Of a DNA stretch of 64,000 nt, positions 54,569-63,805 are shown piece by piece. Numbering within the stretch: position 1 is the stretch's first letter; each line of letters begins with the position of its first letter. The notes beneath the pieces were generated by a model. That model was given only the letters and a program-made list of their open reading frames with translations. It did no database searches and had not been told where the DNA came from. The stretch is from Desulfurococcaceae archaeon (GTDB taxonomy: Archaea; Thermoproteota; Thermoprotei_A; Sulfolobales; Desulfurococcaceae): positions 14,187 through 78,186 of the forward strand of contig JAWBBW010000001.1 of NCBI GenBank assembly GCA_038824035.1, given 5' to 3'. Made by a program: the position numbers and the translations under genes.

Positions 54569-54928
54569 CTAACTAGAACGCTCTATAAGTTTCTCTAATT
54601 TGAACTCCAATGTGTTTTCCCCTCTATGAGCCCTGTAGAGGGCATATAACACCGGTTCATCAGATTTTTGCTCATAGATCCCGATTACTAGTAGTTCTTC
54701 GCAAAACCTCTCATTGGGGAATAATTCACATCCCCTGTTCTCTAAGAAAGACGCTTCTAGGCCATATGGCTCAAGTGTCTCTGACAACATTATAGACAAC
54801 CTTTCTTTTAACATGTCGAGTAATAGGTCCATGAATTCTCTATAGGCCCATCCACTGCCCCCTTCAACCATGATCCTGATGTTCAACAATCTCCTAAGGA
54901 CCGAAATGTCAATGCTCACCGCGCTCAC
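54569..54928 (-). CDS. hypothetical protein (119 aa)
   Basis: Overlaps the 3' end of the NUDIX gene by 20 nt (same strand). GTG start. Confidence 0.4.
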   Translation of the reverse strand: MSAVSIDISVLRRLLNIRIMVEGGSGWAYREFMDLLLDMLKERLSIMLSETLEPYGLEASFLENRGCELFPNERFCEELLVIGIYEQKSDEPVLYALYRAHRGENTLEFKLEKLIERSS

Positions 54929-55502
54929 CGTGTTTGCTCAAGTATAGCAATATGAGGAGGGCTGTTTTCATATCGCGTATCTCGTTTTCGATCACCATTC
55001 GATATGCCTCCTTTATGTTCACTTTGAACGTCCTTATTATCTCGTATTTCTCGGGCCTGGCCCCCTTGTACACTAAGTCCTTGGCATAGAAGAAATGCAA
55101 TAACTCGGTGCTGTAACCTGGGGCCGGCGTGAACTCCCCTATTTTAACTAATTTACCTGGGTAATAACCTGTCTCCTCTAAGAGCTCTCGATACGCTGCC
55201 TCCTCTGGTGATTCACCGCTATCTATGACTCCGGCTGGTGCCTCGATTATGAAGTCGTTTAATGGCGCCCTGAATTGCCTTATCAAGAGCACTTCTTCCT
55301 CACTTATAAACGGCAAGACCACGACTGCTTGTGGAAACACGACTATATCTCTTTCAAATATACCGTTATCCGCTTTTTCATATAATCTCCTGACCACGTT
55401 GAATCTCAACCCCTTGTACAGTGTCTTTTCCTCGATCAACCTAGGTGAATCCAAGCTAATCGCCTCGCTAATAAATAGGAAAGTCCAAGTATAATAACTC
55501 AT
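54909..55502 (-). CDS. NUDIX hydrolase (ADP-ribose pyrophosphatase-like)
   Basis: Nudix box GVIDSGESPEEAAYRELLEETGY. Start moved to ATG 55502, because the ORF-track extension is antisense to the neighbouring gene. Confidence 0.75.
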   Translation of the reverse strand: MSYYTWTFLFISEAISLDSPRLIEEKTLYKGLRFNVVRRLYEKADNGIFERDIVVFPQAVVVLPFISEEEVLLIRQFRAPLNDFIIEAPAGVIDSGESPEEAAYRELLEETGYYPGKLVKIGEFTPAPGYSTELLHFFYAKDLVYKGARPEKYEIIRTFKVNIKEAYRMVIENEIRDMKTALLILLYLSKHGERGEH

Positions 55503-56379
55503 GGTGAGGGCTTTGCCCAGGTTCTGGTTTGGGCCAGCTGGGAAGCCTATAACGATGAAAACAGGTGATATATTGAAAGCACCGGCTTTTCTCAGAGAAC
55601 TTGGATTAAACGCCATGGAGTATGAGGCGGTGAGAGGTGTGAATATAAAAGAGGACAAGGCTAGGGCATTTGGAGCAGAGGCCCGTGTAAACGGCATAAA
55701 GCTCAGTCTACACGCGCCTTATTTCATAAATATGGCAGGTAAAAAGGACGTCGTGGAGGGGAGTATTAAGAGGCTCAAGGACTCAGTAGATGCTGCCTAT
55801 TGGATGGAGGCATATGTGGTGGTTTTCCACCCGGGTTATTACAGGGATGCGCCATCCAAGAAAGATGCTGTTAAAAAAGTGATAGAAAACCTCAAACCTG
55901 TAATTGAGCATAGGGACCAGATCGGTGCAAGAAACGTGTGGCTCGGCCCGGAGACAACTGGTAAGACAAGCCAAGTCGGCAGTCTCGAAGAGGTGATTTT
56001 GATATCGAGTTCCCTTGAAAGGGTTAGACCTGTGATCGACTTTGCCCATCTCTACGCGAGAAGTGGGGGCAGGTTCATCACGAAACCCGGGGACGTGGGG
56101 TTGGTCATAGACATGGTGGAAAAAGAGCTAGGGTCAGAGGTGTTGAAACCATTGCACATACACTTCTCCAAGATAGAGTATGGTAAAGGAGGTGAGAGAG
56201 AACACCATACACTGGGGGAGGAGGGTTTTGGACCCGATTTCAGAATTATATGCAGGGTTCTCTGCGAAAGAGGAGTGGACTCGGTTATAATTAGTGAGAG
56301 CCCTGTGTTAGAACAGGATGCTATAGTTATGATGGGTTATTGCAAGGAAATATGTGGTGAGAATTGTATTGTTGAATAA
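55501..56379 (+). CDS. AP endonuclease family 2 / endonuclease IV-like TIM-barrel protein
   Basis: N-terminal FGPAG, LSLHAPYFINM, VVFHPGYY; several conserved His/Glu positions. Confidence 0.75.
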   Translation: MVRALPRFWFGPAGKPITMKTGDILKAPAFLRELGLNAMEYEAVRGVNIKEDKARAFGAEARVNGIKLSLHAPYFINMAGKKDVVEGSIKRLKDSVDAAYWMEAYVVVFHPGYYRDAPSKKDAVKKVIENLKPVIEHRDQIGARNVWLGPETTGKTSQVGSLEEVILISSSLERVRPVIDFAHLYARSGGRFITKPGDVGLVIDMVEKELGSEVLKPLHIHFSKIEYGKGGEREHHTLGEEGFGPDFRIICRVLCERGVDSVIISESPVLEQDAIVMMGYCKEICGENCIVE

Positions 56380-56947
56380 GCTAAGGAATAAGCTAGATGC
56401 CTTCATGGGCAAATTGGCGTTGAAAATTGCAGGGTCATGTATACCCGTAGATCCAAACGCGATCACCATTTCCTCGTTGATAATACTACTCGTGGGATTG
56501 GCTTTATTGCTCTTGACTGGTGCATCAGTTGTTTTCTCACTATTCATATTGATATCTGGATTCATGGATGTACTGGATGGGGCTATTGCGCGGGCAATGA
56601 ACAAGGTGTCTATGAAAGGGGCTTTCCTAGACTCCACTATAGATAAGGTCAATGAGATTATAATAGCTATGGCACTCCTATACCTGGGATTTGACCCCAT
56701 AGCGGTCTTGCTTTTCCTAGCACTATCACTGTTGATCAGCTATATACGGGCTAGGGCGGAGGCACTTAAACTCGTGATCAGCGGTATCGGGTTAATGGAG
56801 AGAGCTGAGAGGTTAATAGGGATCGTGGCGATACTGGTGATCAACACGTTTAATCACGATGTAGCTTCATTGATGCTTTATGTGCTCCTCGTGTTAATGG
56901 CCTTCACGGTCATAGAGAGAATGGTGTTTGTCCTTAAAAGGATCTAG
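56354..56947 (+). CDS. CDP-alcohol phosphatidyltransferase (archaetidyl-inositol/serine-phosphate synthase class)
   Basis: Exact family motif D-G-x2-A-R-x8-G-x3-D-x3-D within DVLDGAIARAMNKVSMKGAFLDSTIDKVNE. Polytopic membrane protein. Confidence 0.8.
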   Translation: MVRIVLLNKLRNKLDAFMGKLALKIAGSCIPVDPNAITISSLIILLVGLALLLLTGASVVFSLFILISGFMDVLDGAIARAMNKVSMKGAFLDSTIDKVNEIIIAMALLYLGFDPIAVLLFLALSLLISYIRARAEALKLVISGIGLMERAERLIGIVAILVINTFNHDVASLMLYVLLVLMAFTVIERMVFVLKRI

Positions 56948-58998
56948 CCAGTCAACGCTGACAAGTCGTAATGGCCTATAAGGGGTAATGGCGTCTTAAA
57001 CGTGACATAGCCTAGTCTTAATACATGGCTTTTCATAACACCGACTCTATCACCAGCCCTTGTCACAAAATCCCTGTATTCACTTGGCAAATCCAGTTGT
57101 GCTAGATGCGTTTTATCAGTTCTCAGAACTATCTTGGTGTTTGTCAATTGAAGTATTATGTCATGGACATCCTTTGGGCTATGTGTACTGAAAACCAATC
57201 CCAGTCTTCGAGACCTGCCAAGCCTGGCTATTCTATCGATCATGCTGGACACATTCTCTATGTAATCCTCTATACCCGTTTTAGATGGGAAAAACCTATG
57301 TGCCTCATCTATGAATATTATGACTGGTTGTGTCTCAAATCTAAGCCTACTCTGTAATAATTTCCACTCAAATATCTTGTTCAATACCCTGAACGCGACT
57401 ATGCTAATGGTTTTCTCGGGATCGGCTTGAGAGTGTATTTGCAGATATTCAAGGTCAGCTATTATAGGGTAGCCATTGAATAGCTCGAAATGTCTTTCCA
57501 ATATTCTATCCAATGGTGGTTCATGGAGGTATTTATCCTCGCCATGCCCTTTTATGTACACATCGAATATGCCAGTATCTATTATCGCTGCGATCTGCCT
57601 GATCATGTTTTCCAAAGTGCTCTTATGAATTGCCATCTCCTTTATTATTTCAACTACGTATTCCTTGTTAGGGTCCAGTATCAGTCCTCTCGTTTTTTCG
57701 CGTTTATCTTCTATCCTGGCCCTGGACTCTCTCAATGCCTCGTATAAGTCGTAGACAGTCTCTATGTATGCGTTTTTCTCCCTGAGCGCGTGTAGAAGCC
57801 TGAGTAAGGCGTCCTTGGCCTGCCTGGTGAAATAAGGATTCAACGAAATGAACTCCTTTGGCTTAAAATCAGTGAATCTGAGCGCGTATGGGACTATGTA
57901 ATATGTGACCTCATCCTCCACGTTATTGCCATAGTCTATCGAGACGACTATTTTGACGAATCTCAAAGGAGCATCAGGGGCTGGCTCCTCAACGACATCT
58001 ATCTCTTTTAATTCATATTTCCAGTTGAAACGGGACATTATTGGTGATAATACGGAGTCGAGGTAATTTACTGCTATTAATTTCAACAATTTAGCCCATG
58101 TACTACATGTCTCTACATACTCCGATATGGCACTCCTCGTTATTGGAAGTATTATTACGACCCCTCTGACCCCCTTAGATTGATCCAAGGTCTTCATGGC
58201 CAGTTTGACTTCTTCCTCGTGAGCCGTGTTCTTCAAGAGCCATAGTGGTTTAAGTGGTAATGTCACGTAATCCTTGTTGGGGTCGATAGTTACTAATGAA
58301 ATCCTTTTCTCCTCTACTCCATGACCAGATATCGCTGAATAAATCATGTTTTTCAACAAAGTCGTTTTCCCACTACCAGTAGTGCCTAGGACCAATACAT
58401 GTTGATAAAAAGCCCTGAGAGGTAGGAAAAGCGGTGCATTGGCATCGAAAACCGGTATATCGCCGGTGGTGACATATCCTAGGAAAACACCTTTTTCAGG
58501 TAAACCCAGGACTTTTTGTATGACATTTGGATCCCTTAACTTTATAACAGGGCTTTGAGGCTCTATCACATAGTTCGCCGCTATTACTTCATCGGTGTTT
58601 AAATCATATGCTAACAATGGCTTGGCCTTGATCCTAGTTTTTGTCAATAGACCAGAGACCTCTGATAATGGCAAGGACATGTACATATCAGGTAGGTTTA
58701 GTTCAGCCAAGATATCTCTTCGCTCAACACTCACGACCTTGACGCTGACGAGGTTAAGGGTCTTTATATCTATGACACCAAGTATACTGCCCGACTGGGC
58801 CAGGTTCTGGAAATTCGAGAAATAGATCACGGGGTCTATGTCGAATATTACGTAACCACCTTCCTCATCGATCAATGATGGACTGGTCCTAGATACAAAG
58901 CCAACTACTTCACCTAACTTATTCGCCAATTCCATTGATTTACTAGCCCTTTCTCTCAGGGATTTCAAGACATCGTTAGAGGACAAGTGTTCCACCAT
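56944..58998 (-). CDS. HerA-like hexameric ATPase, second copy
   Basis: Walker A LGTTGSGKTTLLKNM, Walker B IIFIDEAHRFFP, N-terminal barrel-like region. 684 aa. Confidence 0.8.
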   Translation of the reverse strand: MVEHLSSNDVLKSLRERASKSMELANKLGEVVGFVSRTSPSLIDEEGGYVIFDIDPVIYFSNFQNLAQSGSILGVIDIKTLNLVSVKVVSVERRDILAELNLPDMYMSLPLSEVSGLLTKTRIKAKPLLAYDLNTDEVIAANYVIEPQSPVIKLRDPNVIQKVLGLPEKGVFLGYVTTGDIPVFDANAPLFLPLRAFYQHVLVLGTTGSGKTTLLKNMIYSAISGHGVEEKRISLVTIDPNKDYVTLPLKPLWLLKNTAHEEEVKLAMKTLDQSKGVRGVVIILPITRSAISEYVETCSTWAKLLKLIAVNYLDSVLSPIMSRFNWKYELKEIDVVEEPAPDAPLRFVKIVVSIDYGNNVEDEVTYYIVPYALRFTDFKPKEFISLNPYFTRQAKDALLRLLHALREKNAYIETVYDLYEALRESRARIEDKREKTRGLILDPNKEYVVEIIKEMAIHKSTLENMIRQIAAIIDTGIFDVYIKGHGEDKYLHEPPLDRILERHFELFNGYPIIADLEYLQIHSQADPEKTISIVAFRVLNKIFEWKLLQSRLRFETQPVIIFIDEAHRFFPSKTGIEDYIENVSSMIDRIARLGRSRRLGLVFSTHSPKDVHDIILQLTNTKIVLRTDKTHLAQLDLPSEYRDFVTRAGDRVGVMKSHVLRLGYVTFKTPLPLIGHYDLSALTG

Positions 58999-59027
58999 GT
59001 TGTTTTAATAGGGTATTTAAAAGTTAT

Positions 59028-60200
59028 TTATGCAATGCTGATGTATTGCATCGTGGATTCGCGGGATAAGCCGGCGAGGTATAATATATACGTCATTATG
59101 GCATTTGTCAATTTCTTAACCCTTTGATCCACTGCTATTATGCTTAAGGGGAGCAATGTACCCGCGTTGACGCTATCATAAGCTATAACCCCTATTACAA
59201 AGTCCTCGTCTATTCCCTTGTCTAAAACCTCGATCCTGTAAAACACATAATTACCCATGTTCATTGCTGGGAACAGCCTTCTGGGCATAGCTATATACCA
59301 GATCACCCTATTCACGCCATATTCATGCCTATGCTTTATCAAGAAAGGCCCTATCACCAATGGCTCATATCTGGCTTCATTTCTCTGCATTATATACGAG
59401 GCTATGTATGCCTCGTCGTTTATTCTGCCACTGGCTAATCCCATCGGATCTAGTGTAGACAACAAGTAGCTTCTATGAAGCCTCTTGACCACGCCGATCA
59501 CTAGTACTCGGTTTTCATGTAGCTTGTCTATCAACATTGCTCTTTCCTTGTTCACTTTTCTAAGGCTATTCATGTACAAGTGTTGCTTTTCATAGTCAGA
59601 ACCGGGGAATTCCAATGGCAATGGATATATCAATGGACCATCAATCAATAGAACTGAGCTAGCTTCTCCTCTTTTCTCCAAAAATATTTTCAAAAGGCTA
59701 TTCTCGATCATCAGGCGAAGTTCTGTGAGCAAGATATTCCTATTATAACTAGGCGTGTATACCACGCCTTCTGGGTTTGAGCAAATGACATGGCTCGTTT
59801 TCTCACGTAGTTTTGAAATATCATAGCCCTCCACTTCTGGTATGATCACAATATGTCCGTGAGGGGGCTCTTCTAGCCCTAGAATGGAATTTATGCTAGG
59901 GATATCCATGCTCGCCCCAGTGAAGCGATTAAGCACGCTACCGGCCCCTATGCCTATGAAAACATATGGTGTTTCAAGCACCCTTGAACTGCTATCAAGT
60001 GCGTATAATTGATCTGTGAAGATGTCGCTAAACTGTCTATTAATCGTCTTTACGTATTTCTCATCCATGATGTCCACTTGTTGCGGGTTTGTGTATTCGA
60101 CGAGCTCTACGTTGATATTCGCGGCCTCATCTCTCTTCAACCTATGTCCTTCGATCACTCTATTCCGGAGATCCTCCATGATCTCTGCTATTGTTTTCAA
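59028..60200 (-). CDS. NurA-domain nuclease-like protein, second copy
   Basis: YALDSSSRVLE and LLIDGPLIYP resemble NurA catalytic motifs. Immediately upstream of the HerA-like gene. TTG start (alternative ATG 60179). Confidence 0.6.
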   Translation of the reverse strand: MKTIAEIMEDLRNRVIEGHRLKRDEAANINVELVEYTNPQQVDIMDEKYVKTINRQFSDIFTDQLYALDSSSRVLETPYVFIGIGAGSVLNRFTGASMDIPSINSILGLEEPPHGHIVIIPEVEGYDISKLREKTSHVICSNPEGVVYTPSYNRNILLTELRLMIENSLLKIFLEKRGEASSVLLIDGPLIYPLPLEFPGSDYEKQHLYMNSLRKVNKERAMLIDKLHENRVLVIGVVKRLHRSYLLSTLDPMGLASGRINDEAYIASYIMQRNEARYEPLVIGPFLIKHRHEYGVNRVIWYIAMPRRLFPAMNMGNYVFYRIEVLDKGIDEDFVIGVIAYDSVNAGTLLPLSIIAVDQRVKKLTNAIMTYILYLAGLSRESTMQYISIA

Positions 60201-60275
60201 GATTAACCCCTATCCACTTAGACAACTCTTAATTAGCCTACTAAATCTCTATACAATTTCAGGGGTGCTTATAAC

Positions 60276-61304
60276 ATGTCTACAAATGAGAAAAAGGTGT
60301 TGAAGGTATTTGTAACCGGTGATTGGGACGCAGATGGCGTGATCGCGACTGCGCTGATAGTGTATGGGCAGGAGAAAATGGGTAAATACCCTTTCGAAGC
60401 CAATGCAATCGTCACCAAGGTGCCATTAGACCCTGATAGGACCAAGTACTTCTTATCCGATTTCAGCGGAGGTTATGATGTGGTCGTTTTCCTGGACATA
60501 CCGTATAACGAAATATTGGGCAATATCATGAAGATGTTGAAAGAACACTTCGGTGTAAGTAAAATAGTGTTCATAGACCACCACATAACCAGTTTACAGA
60601 GGATAGATGAGGTCAAAACACACGCCGACGAGGTGCTAGTTGATTATAAAAAACCGACCTCCATGCTGGTATACGAAGAGTTGGTCAAAAGAGGTATCAC
60701 TGTTCACCAGAGATTGAGGAGCTTTGTCGAAGTGGTTAAATACATGGATATGGGTAAAAGGGTTCCTAAGGAATACATGAAGTTATTCGAGATAACGAAA
60801 ATGTTCTCCAAGGTGCTCACGGCGATCAGAGATGTCGAATTATGGGTCAAGATTGTGGATTGGCTCGCCTCCCCGACGCCTTTGCCAGTACCATTAGACG
60901 ACGCGGTGTGGAATAGGGTTAAAAAAGTGATCGAGGAACGGGATAAGGAGGTGGCTGAAAAAGCCATGGAGCTCGCAATAGGGGCTGTGAGAATAGGTGA
61001 TTTCAGGTTTGTGGATGCCAGGAATGCGTGGAAAAAACGAGGCGTCACGGCATTGGCATCTAAGTTGTCGACCATATTGAAAGCACCCGTGGCATTATTG
61101 GCTGGTACAAACCGAGATTATTCGTTATTGATATTGAAGGCCTCTTATGGCAGGGCTTATAGGATAGCGAAATATCTAGTAGGAGAAGGTGTGGCCTTGG
61201 ATATAGCCGGGCACCCTAATCTAGCTATTGTGAGGCTTCCAAAGGATATAAATAGGCAAGAGCTAATAGAGCACTTGTACAAGGCTGTTTACTACACATC
61301 CTGA
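60276..61304 (+). CDS. DHH-family phosphoesterase (RecJ/Cdc45-like or NrnA-like)
   Basis: Motifs GDWDADGV (DxD..DG) and FIDHHIT (DHH) are intact. Confidence 0.7.
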   Translation: MSTNEKKVLKVFVTGDWDADGVIATALIVYGQEKMGKYPFEANAIVTKVPLDPDRTKYFLSDFSGGYDVVVFLDIPYNEILGNIMKMLKEHFGVSKIVFIDHHITSLQRIDEVKTHADEVLVDYKKPTSMLVYEELVKRGITVHQRLRSFVEVVKYMDMGKRVPKEYMKLFEITKMFSKVLTAIRDVELWVKIVDWLASPTPLPVPLDDAVWNRVKKVIEERDKEVAEKAMELAIGAVRIGDFRFVDARNAWKKRGVTALASKLSTILKAPVALLAGTNRDYSLLILKASYGRAYRIAKYLVGEGVALDIAGHPNLAIVRLPKDINRQELIEHLYKAVYYTS

Positions 61305-61319
61305 TAAACAACCATATAA

Positions 61320-62396
61320 ATGTCCGAGGAGTGGGACATGGCCAAGATATTGCTTGTGGAGAAGGCCAGCGAAATGCATAAACCCATGGATAACCACCCA
61401 GAGAACCATAAACGCATTGCAAGGATCGTGAGTTTGCTCCGTGAAAGGGGGGTCAGTTATAGCAATGTGCCACTCGTTGACCTAGACCAGTCGTTGATGC
61501 TTGCATATGAAATACACGCGAAGGGATATATGGATTATTTGCTAAATGTCTCGAAAAATGCGCCCGTCTTGATAGATGAGGACACATATATATCAGAGGA
61601 TAGTGTTGTCCTGGCTCTGAGCACCTTATATGTATCATATGAAACAGCTACATATATAAATGACGTGGTATTCTTGATCTCGAGACCTCCTGGCCATCAC
61701 GCTGGTAGAAATGGCAAAGCCATGAACGCCCCTACTCAGGGTTTCTGCCTGTTAAACAATGCTGCGGCGGCTGTGTATGGTTTTAGAGAAAGGGGGTTCA
61801 AGGACATAGCTATATTGGATTTCGATGCTCACCATGGGAATGGTACAATGGAGTTTTTCTACAAAGAGAGGGTTCTCCAAGTGGATTTACACCAAGACCC
61901 TAACACTCTTTATCCATATACGGGGTTCCCACATGAGATCGGTGAGGGCGCGGGACACGGTTTCAAGGCGAACTTAATATTGTTCCCAGGCATAGGCGAT
62001 GACGTGTTCACAACGATATTACGTGACGTGATCGCGCTACTAAAGGAGTATTCACCAGATGCAGTGGTTGTATCAGCTGGTTTCGATGGATTTAGGAATG
62101 ATGGGTTGGCTGATTTATCGCTCACAGAGATATCTTATAACAAACTAGGATATTACCTGGCCAAGCTCGGCGCCCCAGTGTTCATAGTGTTAGAGGGGGG
62201 TTACGGTATAGGTCTTGAGAAAGGACTTTTATCTTTTATCAAAGGCCTTAACGGCGTGGAGGAGGCACATGGCGAATACATGTACTCGGCTAGGTCCATA
62301 TATAGGGAGAATATTAAAATAGCGGGGACTGTTTTGAGAAAAGTGTCGGAGAAGGTATTAGGATATGACATATATGGGCGTCGAGAAAGAGATTAA
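61320..62396 (+). CDS. histone deacetylase-superfamily Zn amidohydrolase (AcuC / acetylpolyamine amidohydrolase-like)
   Basis: RPPGHHAGRN, DFDAHHGNGT, EGGYG. Confidence 0.9.
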   Translation: MSEEWDMAKILLVEKASEMHKPMDNHPENHKRIARIVSLLRERGVSYSNVPLVDLDQSLMLAYEIHAKGYMDYLLNVSKNAPVLIDEDTYISEDSVVLALSTLYVSYETATYINDVVFLISRPPGHHAGRNGKAMNAPTQGFCLLNNAAAAVYGFRERGFKDIAILDFDAHHGNGTMEFFYKERVLQVDLHQDPNTLYPYTGFPHEIGEGAGHGFKANLILFPGIGDDVFTTILRDVIALLKEYSPDAVVVSAGFDGFRNDGLADLSLTEISYNKLGYYLAKLGAPVFIVLEGGYGIGLEKGLLSFIKGLNGVEEAHGEYMYSARSIYRENIKIAGTVLRKVSEKVLGYDIYGRRERD

Positions 62397-62922
62397 ACTA
62401 GAGATCCCAGGTGATCCTGGTCAAGTAGAGGAATTATTGAGGACCAATGGCTTTAAATACGTGGATGAGTGCTTAGAAGTGGATACATACCATATCCATC
62501 CATGCAGAGACCTAGCGACCTCTGATGAAGCCTTCAGATTTAGGAGACACAGGTGTAATGTGAGCGAGAAATACATGGTGACATATAAGGGCCCGCGTCT
62601 ATCCAGAGATGATGTTAAATCAAGACCTGAATTAGAGGCAGAGATGGATGAGAAGACATGGTATGTGCTGAGGGCCATCATGGAGAGGTTGGGGTTCAAG
62701 CCCTTGATCAGCATTACAAAGAGGAGAAAGATCTACGTTACCGAGGGCCTTAAAGCGTATTTGGACGAGTTAATCGGGGTCGGGTTTTTCCTCGAAATAG
62801 AGACCATTGGAGATAGAGGTATTGATAAGCTTCGAGAACTCCTCGTATTGTTGAAGCCTTTGACCAGGATTATACATGATACCTACTTAGAGATATGTCT
62901 TAAAACCAATAAATGTATATGA
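62365..62922 (+). CDS. CYTH-domain protein (class IV adenylate cyclase / triphosphate tunnel metalloenzyme)
   Basis: N-terminal ExExK (VEKEIKLEI) and a C-terminal acidic strand (FFLEIE). Overlaps the HDAC-like gene by 23-32 nt depending on which start is used. Confidence 0.75.
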   Translation: MTYMGVEKEIKLEIPGDPGQVEELLRTNGFKYVDECLEVDTYHIHPCRDLATSDEAFRFRRHRCNVSEKYMVTYKGPRLSRDDVKSRPELEAEMDEKTWYVLRAIMERLGFKPLISITKRRKIYVTEGLKAYLDELIGVGFFLEIETIGDRGIDKLRELLVLLKPLTRIIHDTYLEICLKTNKCI

Positions 62923-63573
62923 ATGACTCCACTGAATATTGAAAACATGGTGATAGCCCTGAGCCAGGGGGTAAAAATAGTTGAACTTATTTATAGAAAG
63001 CTTGTAGATGAGCAAATAAGTAGAATGGATGAGATCAGGGATCCACATATCGTGTATGTAACAGACCTTGTCACATGTACACATAAATTCCACCTACGTA
63101 AATCATACCCAGAGTTGACAATTATCTTTGAGCCATCAGCTGTCCTGGGAACTCTCTTACACAAGGGATTAGAGGCGTTTCTTAGCGAGAAAGGCTTCGA
63201 GAGCGAGGTCGACATAGAGTCGAGGATCGTGGTTGATGGCAATGAGTACTTGTTGAAAGGGAGAGTCGATGCATTGAATAAGGGGGAGAGAGTTGTGGTT
63301 GAGATAAAGACAGCGAGAATTGCCAAAAATCTCCCGCGAGAACACCATATCAAGCAATTGAACATATATCTAAACATGATCGGCTATGACCGCGGGGTAT
63401 TAATATATTTCACTCCTAATAGAATAGTTGAACACCCTGTGTCAAGGGAATTCGTGGATCTCGAGCACTTAGTGAGAGAAGTGGTGTATGATACCAGGCA
63501 TCCTAGATATGAATGGGAATGCAATTACTGTGTATTCAGAAAACTCTGCATATATGTAACCACATCGAAATGA
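62923..63573 (+). CDS. cas4: stand-alone Cas4-like PD-(D/E)xK nuclease with 4-Cys cluster
   Basis: N-terminal Cys (YVTDLVTCTHKF), GRVDAL, VVVEIKT, the QxxxY element (KQLNIY) and C-terminal CNYCVFRKLC (C-x2-C-x5-C). Its ATG abuts the CYTH stop. Confidence 0.75.
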   Translation: MTPLNIENMVIALSQGVKIVELIYRKLVDEQISRMDEIRDPHIVYVTDLVTCTHKFHLRKSYPELTIIFEPSAVLGTLLHKGLEAFLSEKGFESEVDIESRIVVDGNEYLLKGRVDALNKGERVVVEIKTARIAKNLPREHHIKQLNIYLNMIGYDRGVLIYFTPNRIVEHPVSREFVDLEHLVREVVYDTRHPRYEWECNYCVFRKLCIYVTTSK

Positions 63574-63639
63574 TCCGATAGCTTGATCTATTTAATCGTA
63601 GTTGTTAAATAACCCGGTATATATACATATATCCCAACG

Positions 63640-63689
63640 ATGATGAGCGCTCGGGTTGGCAGATCAGTGAAGATGGTTTTGAGTACTGA
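63640..63689 (+). ncRNA. box C/D sRNA (50 nt)
   Basis: ATGATGA-GCGCTCGGGTTGG-CAGA-TCA-GTGAAGA-TGGTTTTGAGTA-CTGA. C and D are perfect, C' has one mismatch, D' is CAGA, and the D spacer is exactly 12 nt. TTAAATAA (63605-63612) sits at about -26. Confidence 0.7.
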
Positions 63690-63805
63690 TAACAGAGTTA
63701 GGTTACGTGTTCAATATGTGGTCTCTTTGAAAAGTGGTTATAAGGGTGTTGTTTATCACAGATAACCATATTAAAAGAGGATACAAGCCAAGGTGATTAG
63801 TTTTT

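Noticed and set aside
62923-63573. The Cas4-like gene as a marker of a CRISPR-Cas locus.
   Set aside because: No direct-repeat/spacer array and no other cas genes are visible anywhere in the 64 kb, so I treat it as a stand-alone Cas4-family nuclease.
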